DNA from: Eledone cirrhosa
Lineage: Eukaryota
Length of the DNA: 64,000 bases
Reading direction: 5' to 3'
Assembly: GCA_964016885.1 (NCBI GenBank)
Contig: OZ024759.1
Location: 34,348,001-34,412,000, forward strand
In this document: positions 14,468-26,760 of the stretch, one piece after another
Layout: every line of letters begins with the position of its first letter
Position numbering within the stretch: position 1 is the stretch's first letter
The notes under the pieces: generated by a model
Told to the model about the DNA's origin: nothing
Database searches by the model: none
The model's input: only the letters and a program-made list of their open reading frames with translations
Program-made: the position numbers and the translations under genes

Positions 14468-14522
14468 ACTGCCTGAAGAGGTCACAGCCAAAGATGGCTG
14501 TCACTGAAATATATATAGCAGT
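14468..14522 (+). ncRNA. Minimal type I hammerhead ribozyme (family D)
   Basis: Stem I ACTGC/GCAGT; CTGAAGA 14473-14479; stem II ACAGCCA-aaga-TGGCTGT; GAAA 14506-14509; palindromic ATATATAT stem III; AUA triplet; AATAAA immediately downstream. Confidence 0.85.
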
Positions 14523-14589
14523 AATAAACGAATCTAAATTTTAAACATTTGACTTTTTATTTAACTTTATTTTATATATATATATATAT

Positions 14590-14790
14590 ATATAGATGAG
14601 ATTCTACAGGACTAGAACTGTTTCATTCATTAGAAATCATCAGGAATCGCAGGAGATTCCTGATGATTTCTAATGAATGAAACAGTTCTAGTCCTGTAGA
14701 ATCTCATCTATATTAAAACTGTTATACTCTGCTATGTATTGAGTAAGTACCTTACTTACTGTGGTTACCTCCGATTCAACCCGGAATAAC

Positions 14791-14791
<1 letters not shown>
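14590..14791 (+). mobile_element. HHR-bearing PLE pLTR/retrozyme-like element, family A (inverted arm + direct arm + tail) in (TA)n
   Basis: Inverted repeat ~14590-14648 / 14655-14713, then a unique tail ending CCGGAATAACG; (TA)n on both sides; near-identical copy at 62121-62324. Confidence 0.8.
14653..14705 (+). ncRNA. Type I hammerhead ribozyme (family A)
   Basis: Stem I GAGATTC/GAATCTC; core CTGATGA 14660-14666; stem II TTC-taat-GAA; GAAA 14679-14682; stem III ACAG/CTGT with loop TTCTAGTC; GUA cleavage triplet ending 14698; mirror copy on - strand ~14598-14648. Confidence 0.85.
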
Positions 14792-14871
<80 letters not shown>

Positions 14872-14907
14872 AGAGAGAGAGAGCGAGAGAGAGAGAGAGA
14901 GAGAGAG

Positions 14908-14960
<53 letters not shown>

Positions 14961-15102
14961 TATATAAATTCCTAGAGCAAATATTTATTGAAATAACAGA
15001 TTAAAGTTTAAGCAAAGAATCGCTGATTCCACCCTTAACGGGATCTTATCATAAAAAAGAACCCACAGTAGATATTTTTACGTTTTATGTTCTCCCTCTT
15101 AG

Positions 15103-15167
15103 TATTAGAAGTATGGGACCATGATGCCACCGATGAATCTGCAGAATTAAAGATCATTCTTGAATGA
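15103..15167 (+). CDS. Possible short terminal exon (LEVWDHDATDESAELKIILE*)
   Basis: Pyrimidine-rich acceptor TTCTCCCTCTTAG at 15090-15102, non-repetitive protein-like frame; unsupported by other exons. Confidence 0.22.
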
Positions 15168-15470
15168 TTAAGTTTAATCCATGCTGTGGGTTTGTTCTCT
15201 GATCTTAATATTTGTCTTTCTCTCAAATTCTTGTCATATTCATAATGAAGCATTTTCTATGTTCTGCTGCCCTCGAGTTATATATATAAACATGCTGACA
15301 TTCATACATATATATATGTATATATTCATGGATATATATATGTGTCTGAGTGTGTGTATTCATGTATATATGTATGAATATGATCATGCATATATAGAGA
15401 GAGGTAGATAGATAGACAGACAGATAGATATATACACCCACATTTGTATACACATACAAGCATATATTCG

Positions 15471-15504
<34 letters not shown>

Positions 15505-15955
15505 CAGGTGAATGTGTTAATGTATATATATATATATATATAGGGAGAGAGAGAGAGAGAGATATATAATACACGCATACGTACATACGTGTGTACCACT
15601 GTGTCTCTGTACATCTCAGTGTGTCTGTATGTTTATGTATATGTGTATTCTTGCGTGCGTTTGTTTCTGCTGTGTAATTGAAATGCATAAGGCTGTTGCT
15701 ACATCATCATCACCACCGTCAGCATCAGCAGCACAATCAGCAACAGCAGCCCCACCAACAGCAGCCCCAACACCACCACCAGCAGCATCAGCGCCAATAA
15801 CAGCATCAGCACCACCACCATCAGCAGCAGTGATTCACAGACATCACTGATGAAATACATTAATCTGTACGTGCCTTAAGTTAATTAGCTCAATACTATT
15901 CTATTTTGTTTGAACCTCCAAACCAAGTCCTCAATGCCTTTCATCTATCTTATGT

Positions 15956-16282
15956 ACATTAAACAGATTGCAATCTTCTCATCTCTTCCTTAAATTCTTC
16001 TCTCATCAAACCTCACTAAGGTGCCCTTGTGATTCTAGTCTCCATCACTTAGAAGCAGTATCCTCCTTTTGTTATGAGTTCGAATCCCAGATCCCGGGCT
16101 ACAACATTAAACAGATTGCAATCTTCTCATCTCTTCCTTAAATTCTTCTCTCATCAAACCTCACTAAGGTGCCCTTGTGATTCTAGTCTCCATCACTTAG
16201 AAGCGGGAGCCTCCTTTTGTTCTGAATTCGAATCCCAGATCCCGGGCTACAACATTAAACAGATTGCAATCCTTTCATCTTC
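15956..16282. repeat. 148-bp tandem duplication (2.2 copies)
   Basis: ACATTAAACAGATTGCAATC at 15956, 16104, 16252. Confidence 0.92.
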
Positions 16283-16375
16283 TCGTAGGACCCCTACGGC
16301 TGAGCTCCGGTTAGATCTAGCTGTTGAAACAGTGGGAGCTCAGCCGTCGAGGTCCTGAATTATTTCATATATATA

Positions 16376-16411
<36 letters not shown>

Positions 16412-16420
16412 TGTGTGTGT

Positions 16421-16468
<48 letters not shown>

Positions 16469-17037
16469 AGATTTATGTATGTCATGTTATTACCCAACAA
16501 TGCACTTACATAAAGAAGACTATTCTACTCTACAGTAATTATGTGATAAATCTGTTGAATGCTGAATTACCATAACATCAGATCATTTCTACACCACCAT
16601 CAATTCCACCTCCACCACCACCACGATCCCCACCACCACCACTCGCACCACCACCACCACTACCACCATCACCACTATCACCACCACCACCATCACTCCT
16701 ATCACCACCACCACCATCACCAGCACCGCCAACACCACCACCACCACTACCACCACATCACCACCAACAACACCACCACCATTATCATCTCATTCTCATC
16801 CTACTTTTCCAAAAATTCCTGTGGTTTTCCCACCGTTTACCCCAATCAAATATAATCGTACGTCAGACTTGAAATCCCATCGTAAGCAATCATACTTGAA
16901 TTGAAAAGTGATGGCGTCTTTTTTTTTTTTTTAGTCTTTCCTTATTTCTTACAGATGTCAATAATAAACGTTAAATGGTTGCCACCATTGCTTCCTTTCT
17001 TTTTGTTGTTGTTGTTGTTTTTTGGTTTCCTTTTATC

Positions 17038-17056
17038 AAAATGGCCGCCATCTTTA
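17038..17056. promoter_or_regulatory. Overlapping divergent YY1-like motifs
   Basis: AAAATGGCCGCCATCTT = AAAATGGCCGC on + and AAGATGGCGGC on -. Confidence 0.35.
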
Positions 17057-17644
17057 TCGTCTGCTTTCGGTGTTTTTATCGTTGATATTGTTTTTGTTTT
17101 AATGTTTTGTTTCATATTTTGTCTTTTGTTTTTGTTTTTGGTTTAATTCCTCTTTGTCTCACCTTAGACACGTGTTGTTGTTGTTTTGTTGTTTTTTATT
17201 TTTATTTTTTTTATTTTACCTATTTCTTTTATTATTTTGTGTATTTGTTATTTCTGTTATTATTTTTGTGGGGGGGGTTATATTTTTCATTGATCGATTC
17301 GATTAGTTTAACCACCGACCTACCAACCAACAAACCAACCAACCAACTAACCGCCTGACAAAGCAGTCTTAACTACAACTCTACCAATCCAATAACCAGC
17401 CAACCAACCAACCAACCAACCAAGCAATCTACCAGCCAACCATCCACCCAACCTACCACCCACCCAACCAACTACCCAACCACCCAACTAACCACACTAT
17501 AATGCAGTAGTCTTACCTACAAACCTACCAACCTACCAAGTTAGTCAAACAACCAAAACATTGTTCTTTATTCACCAAAGAGCTCCAGTATTAGAATAAC
17601 GCTGTTTTATTACTCTCTCTATTGTCCGAATTATTTCTTTTGTG

Positions 17645-18040
17645 TAATAATTATTTCTACTTTTGGCACAATACCAGAAATTAACCCAGTGTATTACTGG
17701 TATTTTATCGACCCCGTAAGGATGAAAGGCAAAGTTAACCTTGGCTGGATTTGAACTCAGACGATAAAGGGCCGTCACTCTATGCTGCAAAGCATGGCGT
17801 CCGACCATCTACCGATACTGCCAATCCACCGCCATTTTGTGTAATAATTGTTTCTACGTTAGGCACAAGGCCAGCAATTAGCCAGTGTATTACTGGTACT
17901 TTATTTTATCGACCCCGTAAGGATGAAAGACAAAGTCAACCTCGGCGGGATTTGAACTTAGAATGGCAAGGGCCGTAACTCTATGCGTCAAAGCATGGTG
18001 TCCGACCATCTACCGATACTGCCAATCCACCGCCATTTTG
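17645..18040 (-). mobile_element. Two tandem full-length SINE family 1 copies
   Basis: Both end at GCCAATCCACCGCC followed by TTTTGTGTAATAAT; TTTGTGTAATAAT also precedes the first copy. Confidence 0.82.
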
Positions 18041-18334
18041 TGTAATAATAAGAGTTGTTTTGTTATTTTATATTATTAATTTTGTCTGTTATTTTATATT
18101 ATTACTTTTGTTGGTTTTGTTTGTTGTGTTTTTTTTCTATATTTCCAATTCGATTACATCTTTCTGCCGTTTATTTAGTGAGGCGCTAGATTTGTACTGG
18201 ATAGAGACGTGGTTGTTGTTGTTGCTATAATTGTTGTTAGGGTTGTTGTTGTTGTTTAGCTGTTGTTGTTGTTGTTGTTGTTTAGCTGTTGTTCTTCTTT
18301 TCTATATTGTGTGCGGGTGTGTACGTTTAACATT

Positions 18335-18520
18335 GAATTGGCAGTATCGGTAGAGGGTCGGACGCCATGCTTTGACGCATAGAGTTACGGCCCTTGCCAT
18401 TCTGAGTTCAAATCCTGCCGAGGTTAACTTTGCCTTTCATCCTCACGAGGTCGATAAAATAAAGTACCAGTAGTGTACTGGGTAATTGCTGGCCTTGTGC
18501 CAATAGTAGAAACAATTATA
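18335..18520 (+). mobile_element. SINE family 1
   Basis: Near-consensus copy. Confidence 0.82.
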
Positions 18521-18537
18521 TATATATATATATATAT

Positions 18538-18588
<51 letters not shown>

Positions 18589-18760
18589 AGAGAGTAAGCA
18601 AGTTAGATAGATAGACACAGAAAGATAGGGGACCATGATGCCACCGATGAATCTGCAGAATTAAAGATCATTCTTGAATGATTAAGTTTAATCCATGCTG
18701 TGGGTTTGTTCTCTGATCTTAATATTTGTCTTTCTCTCAAATTCTTGTCATATTCATAAT

Positions 18761-18891
18761 TGTTTCTACTGTTAGGCACAAGGCCAGCAATAACCCAGTG
18801 CATTACTGGTACTTTATTTTATCGACCCCGTAAGGATGAAAGGCAAAGTTGACCTCGGCAGGATTTGAACTCAGACTGTAAAGGGACGTAA
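18761..18891 (-). mobile_element. SINE family 1, 5'-truncated, 12-bp TSD CATATTCATAAT
   Basis: TSD at 18749-18760 and 18892-18903; empty site in the paralogous segment at ~15235-15246. Confidence 0.88.
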
Positions 18892-19195
18892 CATATTCAT
18901 AATGAAGCATTTTCTATGTTCTGCTGCATCTCAAGTTATATATATAAACATGATGACATTCATACATATATATATGTATATATTCATGGATATATATATA
19001 TGTGTGAGTGTGTATATTCATGTATAAATGTATGAATATAATCATGCATATATAGAGAGAGAGGTAGATAGATATACATCTCTCTCCCTCTTTCTCTCCC
19101 CCTCTCTCTCTCTGCTGTTCACTTCTCTCTCTCTCTCTCTATCTATCTGTATATATATATATACACACACACAGAGAGAAGTGAACAACAGAGAG

Positions 19196-19272
<77 letters not shown>

Positions 19273-19275
<3 letters not shown>

Positions 19276-19367
19276 ATTGTTTCTACTTTTGGCACAAGGC
19301 CAGCAATTACCCAGTGTATTACTGGTACTTTATTTTATCGACTCCGTAAGGATGAAAGGCAAAGTTA
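19273..19367 (-). mobile_element. SINE family 1 3' fragment
   Basis: Consensus 3' half. Confidence 0.75.
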
Positions 19368-19693
19368 TATATAGTAATAATAATAAATTTGAAGACTAAA
19401 ATCCAAAGAGGGTTCTATAAGGATAAATATATATCAAGGGTGAAATATATATTAAGGGTGAAAGCAGCGATTCTTTGCTTAAACTTTAATCTGTTATTTT
19501 AATAAATATATATATATATATAGGGAGGGTCATATTTGTGTAATAATATTGCCAGAATTAATAACAGAACACACTCACTGTTTGGTTGGTTTTCGCTTCT
19601 GTGTCTTTTATATCGGTTAATTTAATTTATTCGGTCCTCAATGTTACCATTGACTGACCAACGGTCAAAAATACAGATGCAATATAGACACAA

Positions 19694-19760
<67 letters not shown>

Positions 19761-19763
<3 letters not shown>

Positions 19764-19920
19764 CGAAGGAAAAGTACTCAATACTTAGGGTAGTAGAGTG
19801 GGTAATAGGAACGAGTGGGACCCCGACGGCTGAGCTCAAGCCGTTTCGACGGCTAATTCTGGACGGAATTAGCCGTCGAAACGGCTTGAGCTCAGCCGTC
19901 GGGGTCCTACTCGTTTCTAT
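19761..19920 (-). mobile_element. Family B element (internal deletion in tail)
   Basis: Palindromic head GACCCCGACGGCTGAGCTCAAGCCGTTTCGACGGCTAATT..; (TA)n flanks. Confidence 0.78.
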
Positions 19921-20317
19921 ATATATATATATCACATGTTCTCCCGGTGGGTTCCATGCAGCTATGTAGACAGTAAGTACTGTAAACCTGAACAGATAAT
20001 CTGGACTCAATGACATTGTGACTGGCCGAGAATAAAATGGCAGAGATTAGGTCACGTGGTTCTATGTCCTAATTAACTTCCTAATCCATTAATTAATTCT
20101 CATATCAGTATTTAATATCACTATCACCATCATCACCATCACTATCACCATCATCACCATCATCATCACCATCATCATCACCATCATCATCGTCGTCATC
20201 ACCATCATTACTCTCATCGTCATCGTCATCATCATCACCATCATCATCAATATCATCATCATAATCATAATCATCATCACCATCATCATCATCATCAACA
20301 GCAGCATCACCATCAAG

Positions 20318-20348
<31 letters not shown>

Positions 20349-21127
20349 GTACCATCATTAAACCGCTGCTGTCGCTGCTAGGAAGGGCGGGAGTGGTGTA
20401 GGTAGAGGAGGTGATTGCTGAAGTGGGACTACTGACCTCCTGGACAAGACTGGCCGAAGGGTCTGAATCCTGCTTACCTACCGTCATAGATAGGTAAGGA
20501 GGGGCGGCAGGGGGTGGTAGGGGGTGGGAGGGAAATAAGGGGGGTAGGAGGGGGAAGATTAGGAGGAGGAGGGGGAGAAGAAAGAGAAGAAGGAGAAGAA
20601 TAAGGAGGATGGGGAAGAGAATACGAAGGAGAAAAGGGAGAAGGGAAGAAGAAGAAGAAGAAGAAGAAGAAGAAGGAGAGAAGAAGAAGGCAAAGAAGAA
20701 GAAGTAGAAGAAGAAGGCAAAGAAGAAGAAGGCAAAGGAGGTGGCAAAGAAGAAGACGAAGAAGAAGGAGGCAAAGAAGAAGAAGAAGTAGAAGGGAAGA
20801 AGAAGAAGAAGAAGAAGACAAGGTCAACTAGGGGGATATTTAGGATATCTGATGTAATATGTAAAGTGTACTAACTTACCTGAGAAGATTAAGAGAAAGA
20901 AACAAGACAAAGAAGAAGACAGCCTTCTTCTAATATATAATTGATTTCAGACTAAATATATAATCTCACACACATACATATATATATATAAACAAATACA
21001 CACATATATACATACACATATTCACAAATACACACATATATACATACACATATTCACAAATACACACATTTATACATACACATATTCACAAATACACACT
21101 GATATACGCATAGTCAAATACACACAC

Positions 21128-21160
<33 letters not shown>

Positions 21161-21389
21161 TATATGCAAATGTACACATATATACACGCACACACATAGA
21201 AAGCACACACACATATACACATATATGCAAAATACACACATATATACACATACATATATAGACAAATACACACATGTATACACATACACATATAGACAAA
21301 TACACATATATAGATACACACAGGCGTGCTCACGTATTTAGAAAGATCACTCTCTCATCTCTCTTTCTCGCTCTCTCTCCCTCTCTCCC

Positions 21390-21467
<78 letters not shown>

Positions 21468-21589
21468 CAAGTATGTATGACTATAAGTATATATATGTAT
21501 GTATAGATAGATAGATACATTTATCGTGTTTTCATATTAGTATATACATACCTGTGTGTATATCTATATATCTATATATATATATATAT

Positions 21590-21875
21590 GTCAGGTCACC
21601 AGTTGGTGCTACTGGTAACATGTATCCCAGTACAACCTGTCCCATGGTCGGGTCGTTGGCGACTAAACTGGCGACCCCACCAAGGTTTCTTGGTGAGGAG
21701 GGTGACTTTGGACATCCTGCAGGACTAAAAACAAAACCTGTCAAAGGGCAAAGGAGCTCTTAAGAGTCAATGGCCATCCAAAATCACCGGGAGAGATGAC
21801 CCCTTAGCCTTTGTCAAGGCAGAATTCTAGGAGAAGGAAAACTCTGATATAACACCTGCAACCCTGATGGTATCC
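21590..21875 (+). mobile_element. Probable RTE-like LINE 5'UTR fragment
   Basis: GC-rich island after (TA)n with AAAACAAAACCTGTCAAAGGG and CTAGGAGAAGGAAAACTCTGAT, motifs I recall from RTE 5'UTRs. Confidence 0.4.
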
Positions 21876-22211
21876 AATGATGTTGACTTGTTCTTCTTTT
21901 TGGTAAATATCATCTTGGTTAAGAGAGTGGGACTGGCTTTGTGCAGTGCCTTTGCTCACTATAAAAGCTTCACGGCACAGGCATTGCTTTATATCTGGAG
22001 ATCTCTCTGCACTTGTCGTCACATGCTACCATGGGCCCAGCACTATGTGTCAGTAATTGTCACAAATGTAGTGTTTGTACCAGAGTTTTCAAGTCGCTGG
22101 CTGGACTAAAAAGTCACACTCGTTCAGGCCATCAGTAGGGGTTCTCCTACATGGATAAAAAGTAGTGGCCGTACTCAAAAACGAGTTGGCAGCGACCATA
22201 TATATATATAC

Positions 22212-22264
<53 letters not shown>

Positions 22265-22313
22265 CATATATACATATATATATACACACACATATATATA
22301 TATATATACACAC

Positions 22314-22410
<97 letters not shown>

Positions 22411-23272
22411 TATATATATATACACACACATATATATATATATATACACATATATATATATATACACATAAATATATATAAATATATATATATATACACA
22501 CATATATATATATATACACATATATATATATATACACATATATATATATATATACACATATATATATATATACACATATATATATATATACACACATAAA
22601 TATATATATATACACATATATATATATAAATATATATATATATATTCAACATACATAAATATATATATATATTAAACATATATATAGATATTATATATAC
22701 ATACATATCTATCTCTCTATATATAGTATACGGGTATATATATATATATATACCCAACTATCTTTCTTTCTATATTTAGGATTTCATTATATATTCTTAC
22801 GTTTCTTCACAACAGCAACAATAATGTGATATCATAGTTAATTCATATGCTATACGGTGAGATGTGCAATTAATATCTCCATATTTGTTTGATACGACCA
22901 TAAACGACATCCGGCAGCTATATGGACGTAGAAATTGGGGACTAACATGAAGTTGATTGACGCCATCATATTAACATATTCTCTCACTGAAAGGAGAAGA
23001 TGGTGTGTGTGTATGACCGTGTATGGTGTGTGATATGTGTGTGATCTGTGTGTATGGCTGTGTATGGGTATGGGGACATGGGTATGGGTGTATGTGTGTA
23101 TGTATATGTGGATGGATGTGTGGATGAATGTATGAATGTATATATATATATATATATATATACATTTATATTTATATATACATATTTATATATTTATATA
23201 TATATATTTATATATATATATTTATATTTATATATTTATATTTATATATTTATATTTATATATTTATATATT

Positions 23273-23304
<32 letters not shown>

Positions 23305-23348
23305 TATCTATATATATAAATATTTATATATATATATATTTATATTTA

Positions 23349-23381
<33 letters not shown>

Positions 23382-23420
23382 ATATTTATATTTATATATA
23401 TATATATTTATATTTATATT

Positions 23421-23471
<51 letters not shown>

Positions 23472-23488
23472 ATATATATTTATATTTA

Positions 23489-23540
<52 letters not shown>

Positions 23541-23629
23541 TATATATATATATAGAAAACTAACCGAACAGTGAGTGTGTTCTGTTATTAATTCTGGCAA
23601 TATTATTACACAAATATGACACTCCCCAA

Positions 23630-23741
<112 letters not shown>

Positions 23742-24051
23742 TTATATTTATATATATTATATATATATATATATGTATATATATATAGGCAATATATGCT
23801 TGTGTGTTTAATGTGTGTGTATGTATGAGTGTGTATGCATATATATATGCATGTATGTATCTGTTGTATATCTATCTATGAATTTATATATATGTGTATG
23901 TTTGAATGTATGAATGTATGTGTGAATGAATGTATTTATGTGTGTTAGTATGTATATATATATATATATATATTCATAGCTATAGGCTGCATCTCGTATT
24001 TCTTTTGTAGATATATAACTTACAATTAATGATTTATGAATTTAATTTCAT

Positions 24052-24147
<96 letters not shown>

Positions 24148-24289
24148 ATATATGTATATATATATGCCTGTGTGTGTGTGTGTGTATCTGTGTATGTGTG
24201 TATCCATATATATGTGTGTGCGTGGGTTGTTGCATCTGTTGACTCCAATGATTGATTGATGAATTCTTCATTGGTTTGATGGATGTTAA

Positions 24290-25662
24290 CATATGTATGT
24301 GTGTACCTCTGTATATGTATTTGTATATATGTGTGAAGGTGTGTATATGTATGTGTGTATATGTGAAGGTGTGTATATGTATGTGTGTACCTATGTATAT
24401 GTATTGTATATATGTGAAGGTGTATATATGTATGTGTGTACCTCTGTATATGTATGTGTATATATGTGTGAAGGTGTATATATGTATGTGTGTACCTCTG
24501 TATGTGTATGTGTATATATGTGAAGGTGTGTATATGTATGTGTGTATCTCTATATATGTATGTGTATATATGTGTGAAGGTGTGTATATGTATGTGTGTA
24601 CCTCTGTATATGTATGTGTATATATGTGAAGGTGTGTATATGTATGTGTTACCTCTATATATGTATGTGTATATATGTGAAGGTGTGTATATGTATGTGT
24701 GTATCTCTATATATGTATGTGTATATATGTGTGAAGGTGTGTATATGTATGTGTGTACCTCTATATATGTATGTGTATATATGTGAAGGTGTGTATATGT
24801 ATGTGTGTATCTCTATATATGTATGTGTATATATGTGTGAAGGTGTGTATATGTATGTGTTACATCTATATATGTATGTGTATATATGTGTGAAGGTGTA
24901 TATATGTGTGGGTGTACCTCTGTATATGTATGTGTATATATGTGAAGGTGTGTATATGTATGTGTGTACCTCTGTATATGTATGTGTATATATGTGAAGG
25001 TGTGTATATGTATGTGTGTACCTCTGTATATGTATGTGTATATATGTGAAGGTGTGTATATGTATGTGTACCTCGGTATATGTATGTATTAAAAAGTGAA
25101 GGTGTGTATATGTATGTGTGTACCTCTATATATGTATGTGTATATATGTGTGAAGGTATATATATGTATGTGTATCTCTGTATATGTATGTGTATATATG
25201 TGAAGGTGTGTATATGTATGTGTGTACCTCTAAAGATGTATGTGTATATATCTGTGTATATGTGTGTGTGTACCTATGTATATGTATTTGTATATATGTG
25301 AAGGTGTGTATATGTATGTGTGTACCTCTATATATGTATGTGTATATATGTGAAGGTGTGTATATGTGTGTGTGTACCTCTATATATGTATGTGTGTAAT
25401 TATCTGAAGGTGTGTATATGTATGTGTGTATCTCTGTATATGTATGTGTATATATGTGAAGGTGTGTATATGTATGTGTTACCTCTATATATGTATGTGT
25501 GTATATGTGTGAAGGTGTGTATATGTTTCTGTGTACCTCTGTATATGTATGTGTATATATGTGTGAAGGTGTATATATGTATGTGTGTACCTCTATATAT
25601 GTATGTGTATATATGTGAAGGTGTGTATATGTATGTGTGTACATTTATATATGAAGGTGTAT
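24290..25662. repeat. ~52-54-bp higher-order minisatellite derived from (TG/TA)n, ~25 copies
   Basis: Unit TGAAGGTGTGTATATGTATGTGTGTACCTCTRTATATGTATGTGTATATATG. Confidence 0.9.
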
Positions 25663-25789
25663 AAATTAATGTATAAATTAATGGATGTATGCTATGATTG
25701 TTGCTGGGATGGTGGCTTGAAATGACTGCCACTTGTAAGGTATGGACGGCAATAGATCGCTTGAAATTGGTGGTTGAATAGACAGATAG

Positions 25790-26688
25790 GTAGATAGATA
25801 GATTTCTTTATTAGCCACAAGGGCGCAACAAGAAAAGGGGACAATACAAAGACATGCCGGGGATTTTACATACAGTCGTGTAAAAAATATAAAAACAAAC
25901 AATTTCAACAATCGAAATCCCCAATAGGGGGGAGGCGCCACAAATGGGTTGTTTAATACCCCGTCGATAGAACAACCCTCAACTCCAGGGACGTGTTGTG
26001 CAAGTGCTCCTTTCTTCCTTTTGCTCTCTTCCTCAACCTACAGGCTTATAAACAGAGAAGGCCCAATCACTCGGGCCATTTTCGCTTCATTCACCCACCC
26101 TAGATAGATAGGTAAATAGGTAGCTAGATAAGTAGATAGATATATTAATTATTTGCCACAAGGGCGCAAAAGAAGGGGACAAATACAATTGGGGATTTTA
26201 CATACAAGGCGTGTAAAAATGTATAACAAAAATAATGAATAAAACAAACGAAATCCTAAATAGGAGGAGGCGTTACAAATGGGTTGCACACACCCCGAAA
26301 AAAATGAACAACCCTTATCTCCAGGAGCACGAAGAGGGAGCACTCCTCTCCTCTCTTCCTCTTCTTCCTCGACCTACATGCTTATATAAAAATAGATAGA
26401 TAGATAGATAGATAGATATGTTTATTTATTAGCCACAGGAGCACAAAAGAAGGGGACAAATACAAAGGGGGACGTTTACATACAATAAAAACGTGTAAAA
26501 TACTATCACAAATACAATTTAAAAGTTAATCGATTTTCTCCAATAGGGGGAGACATTTCATATGGGTAACACATACCCCCGAAAAAAATGTGCAACCCTC
26601 ATCTCCAGGAGTACGAAGAGTTTGTACACCTTTCCTCTCATCCTCTTTTTCCTCAACCTACAGGCTAATATAAAAAGAAGGCCCATAC

Positions 26689-26722
<34 letters not shown>

Positions 26723-26760
26723 TTCTTTATTTGCCACAAGGGCGCACAAGAAATAGGACA
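25790..26760 (-). mobile_element. Stack of four Tx1 3'-end fragments separated by GATA repeats
   Basis: Each starts (on +) with TTTATT(A/T)GCCACA..; homologous to 62741-63050; starts ~25803, 26145, 26419, 26721. Confidence 0.8.

Noticed and set aside
16071-16095. Pol III B-box GAGTTCGAATCCC in the 148-bp duplication
   Set aside because: No A-box or tRNA fold upstream; degraded in the second copy
20089-20487. ORF MTVGKQDSDPSASLVQEVSSP.. in GC-rich unique sequence
   Set aside because: Runs into poly-Met from (CAT)n; no homology recognised or consistent splice sites
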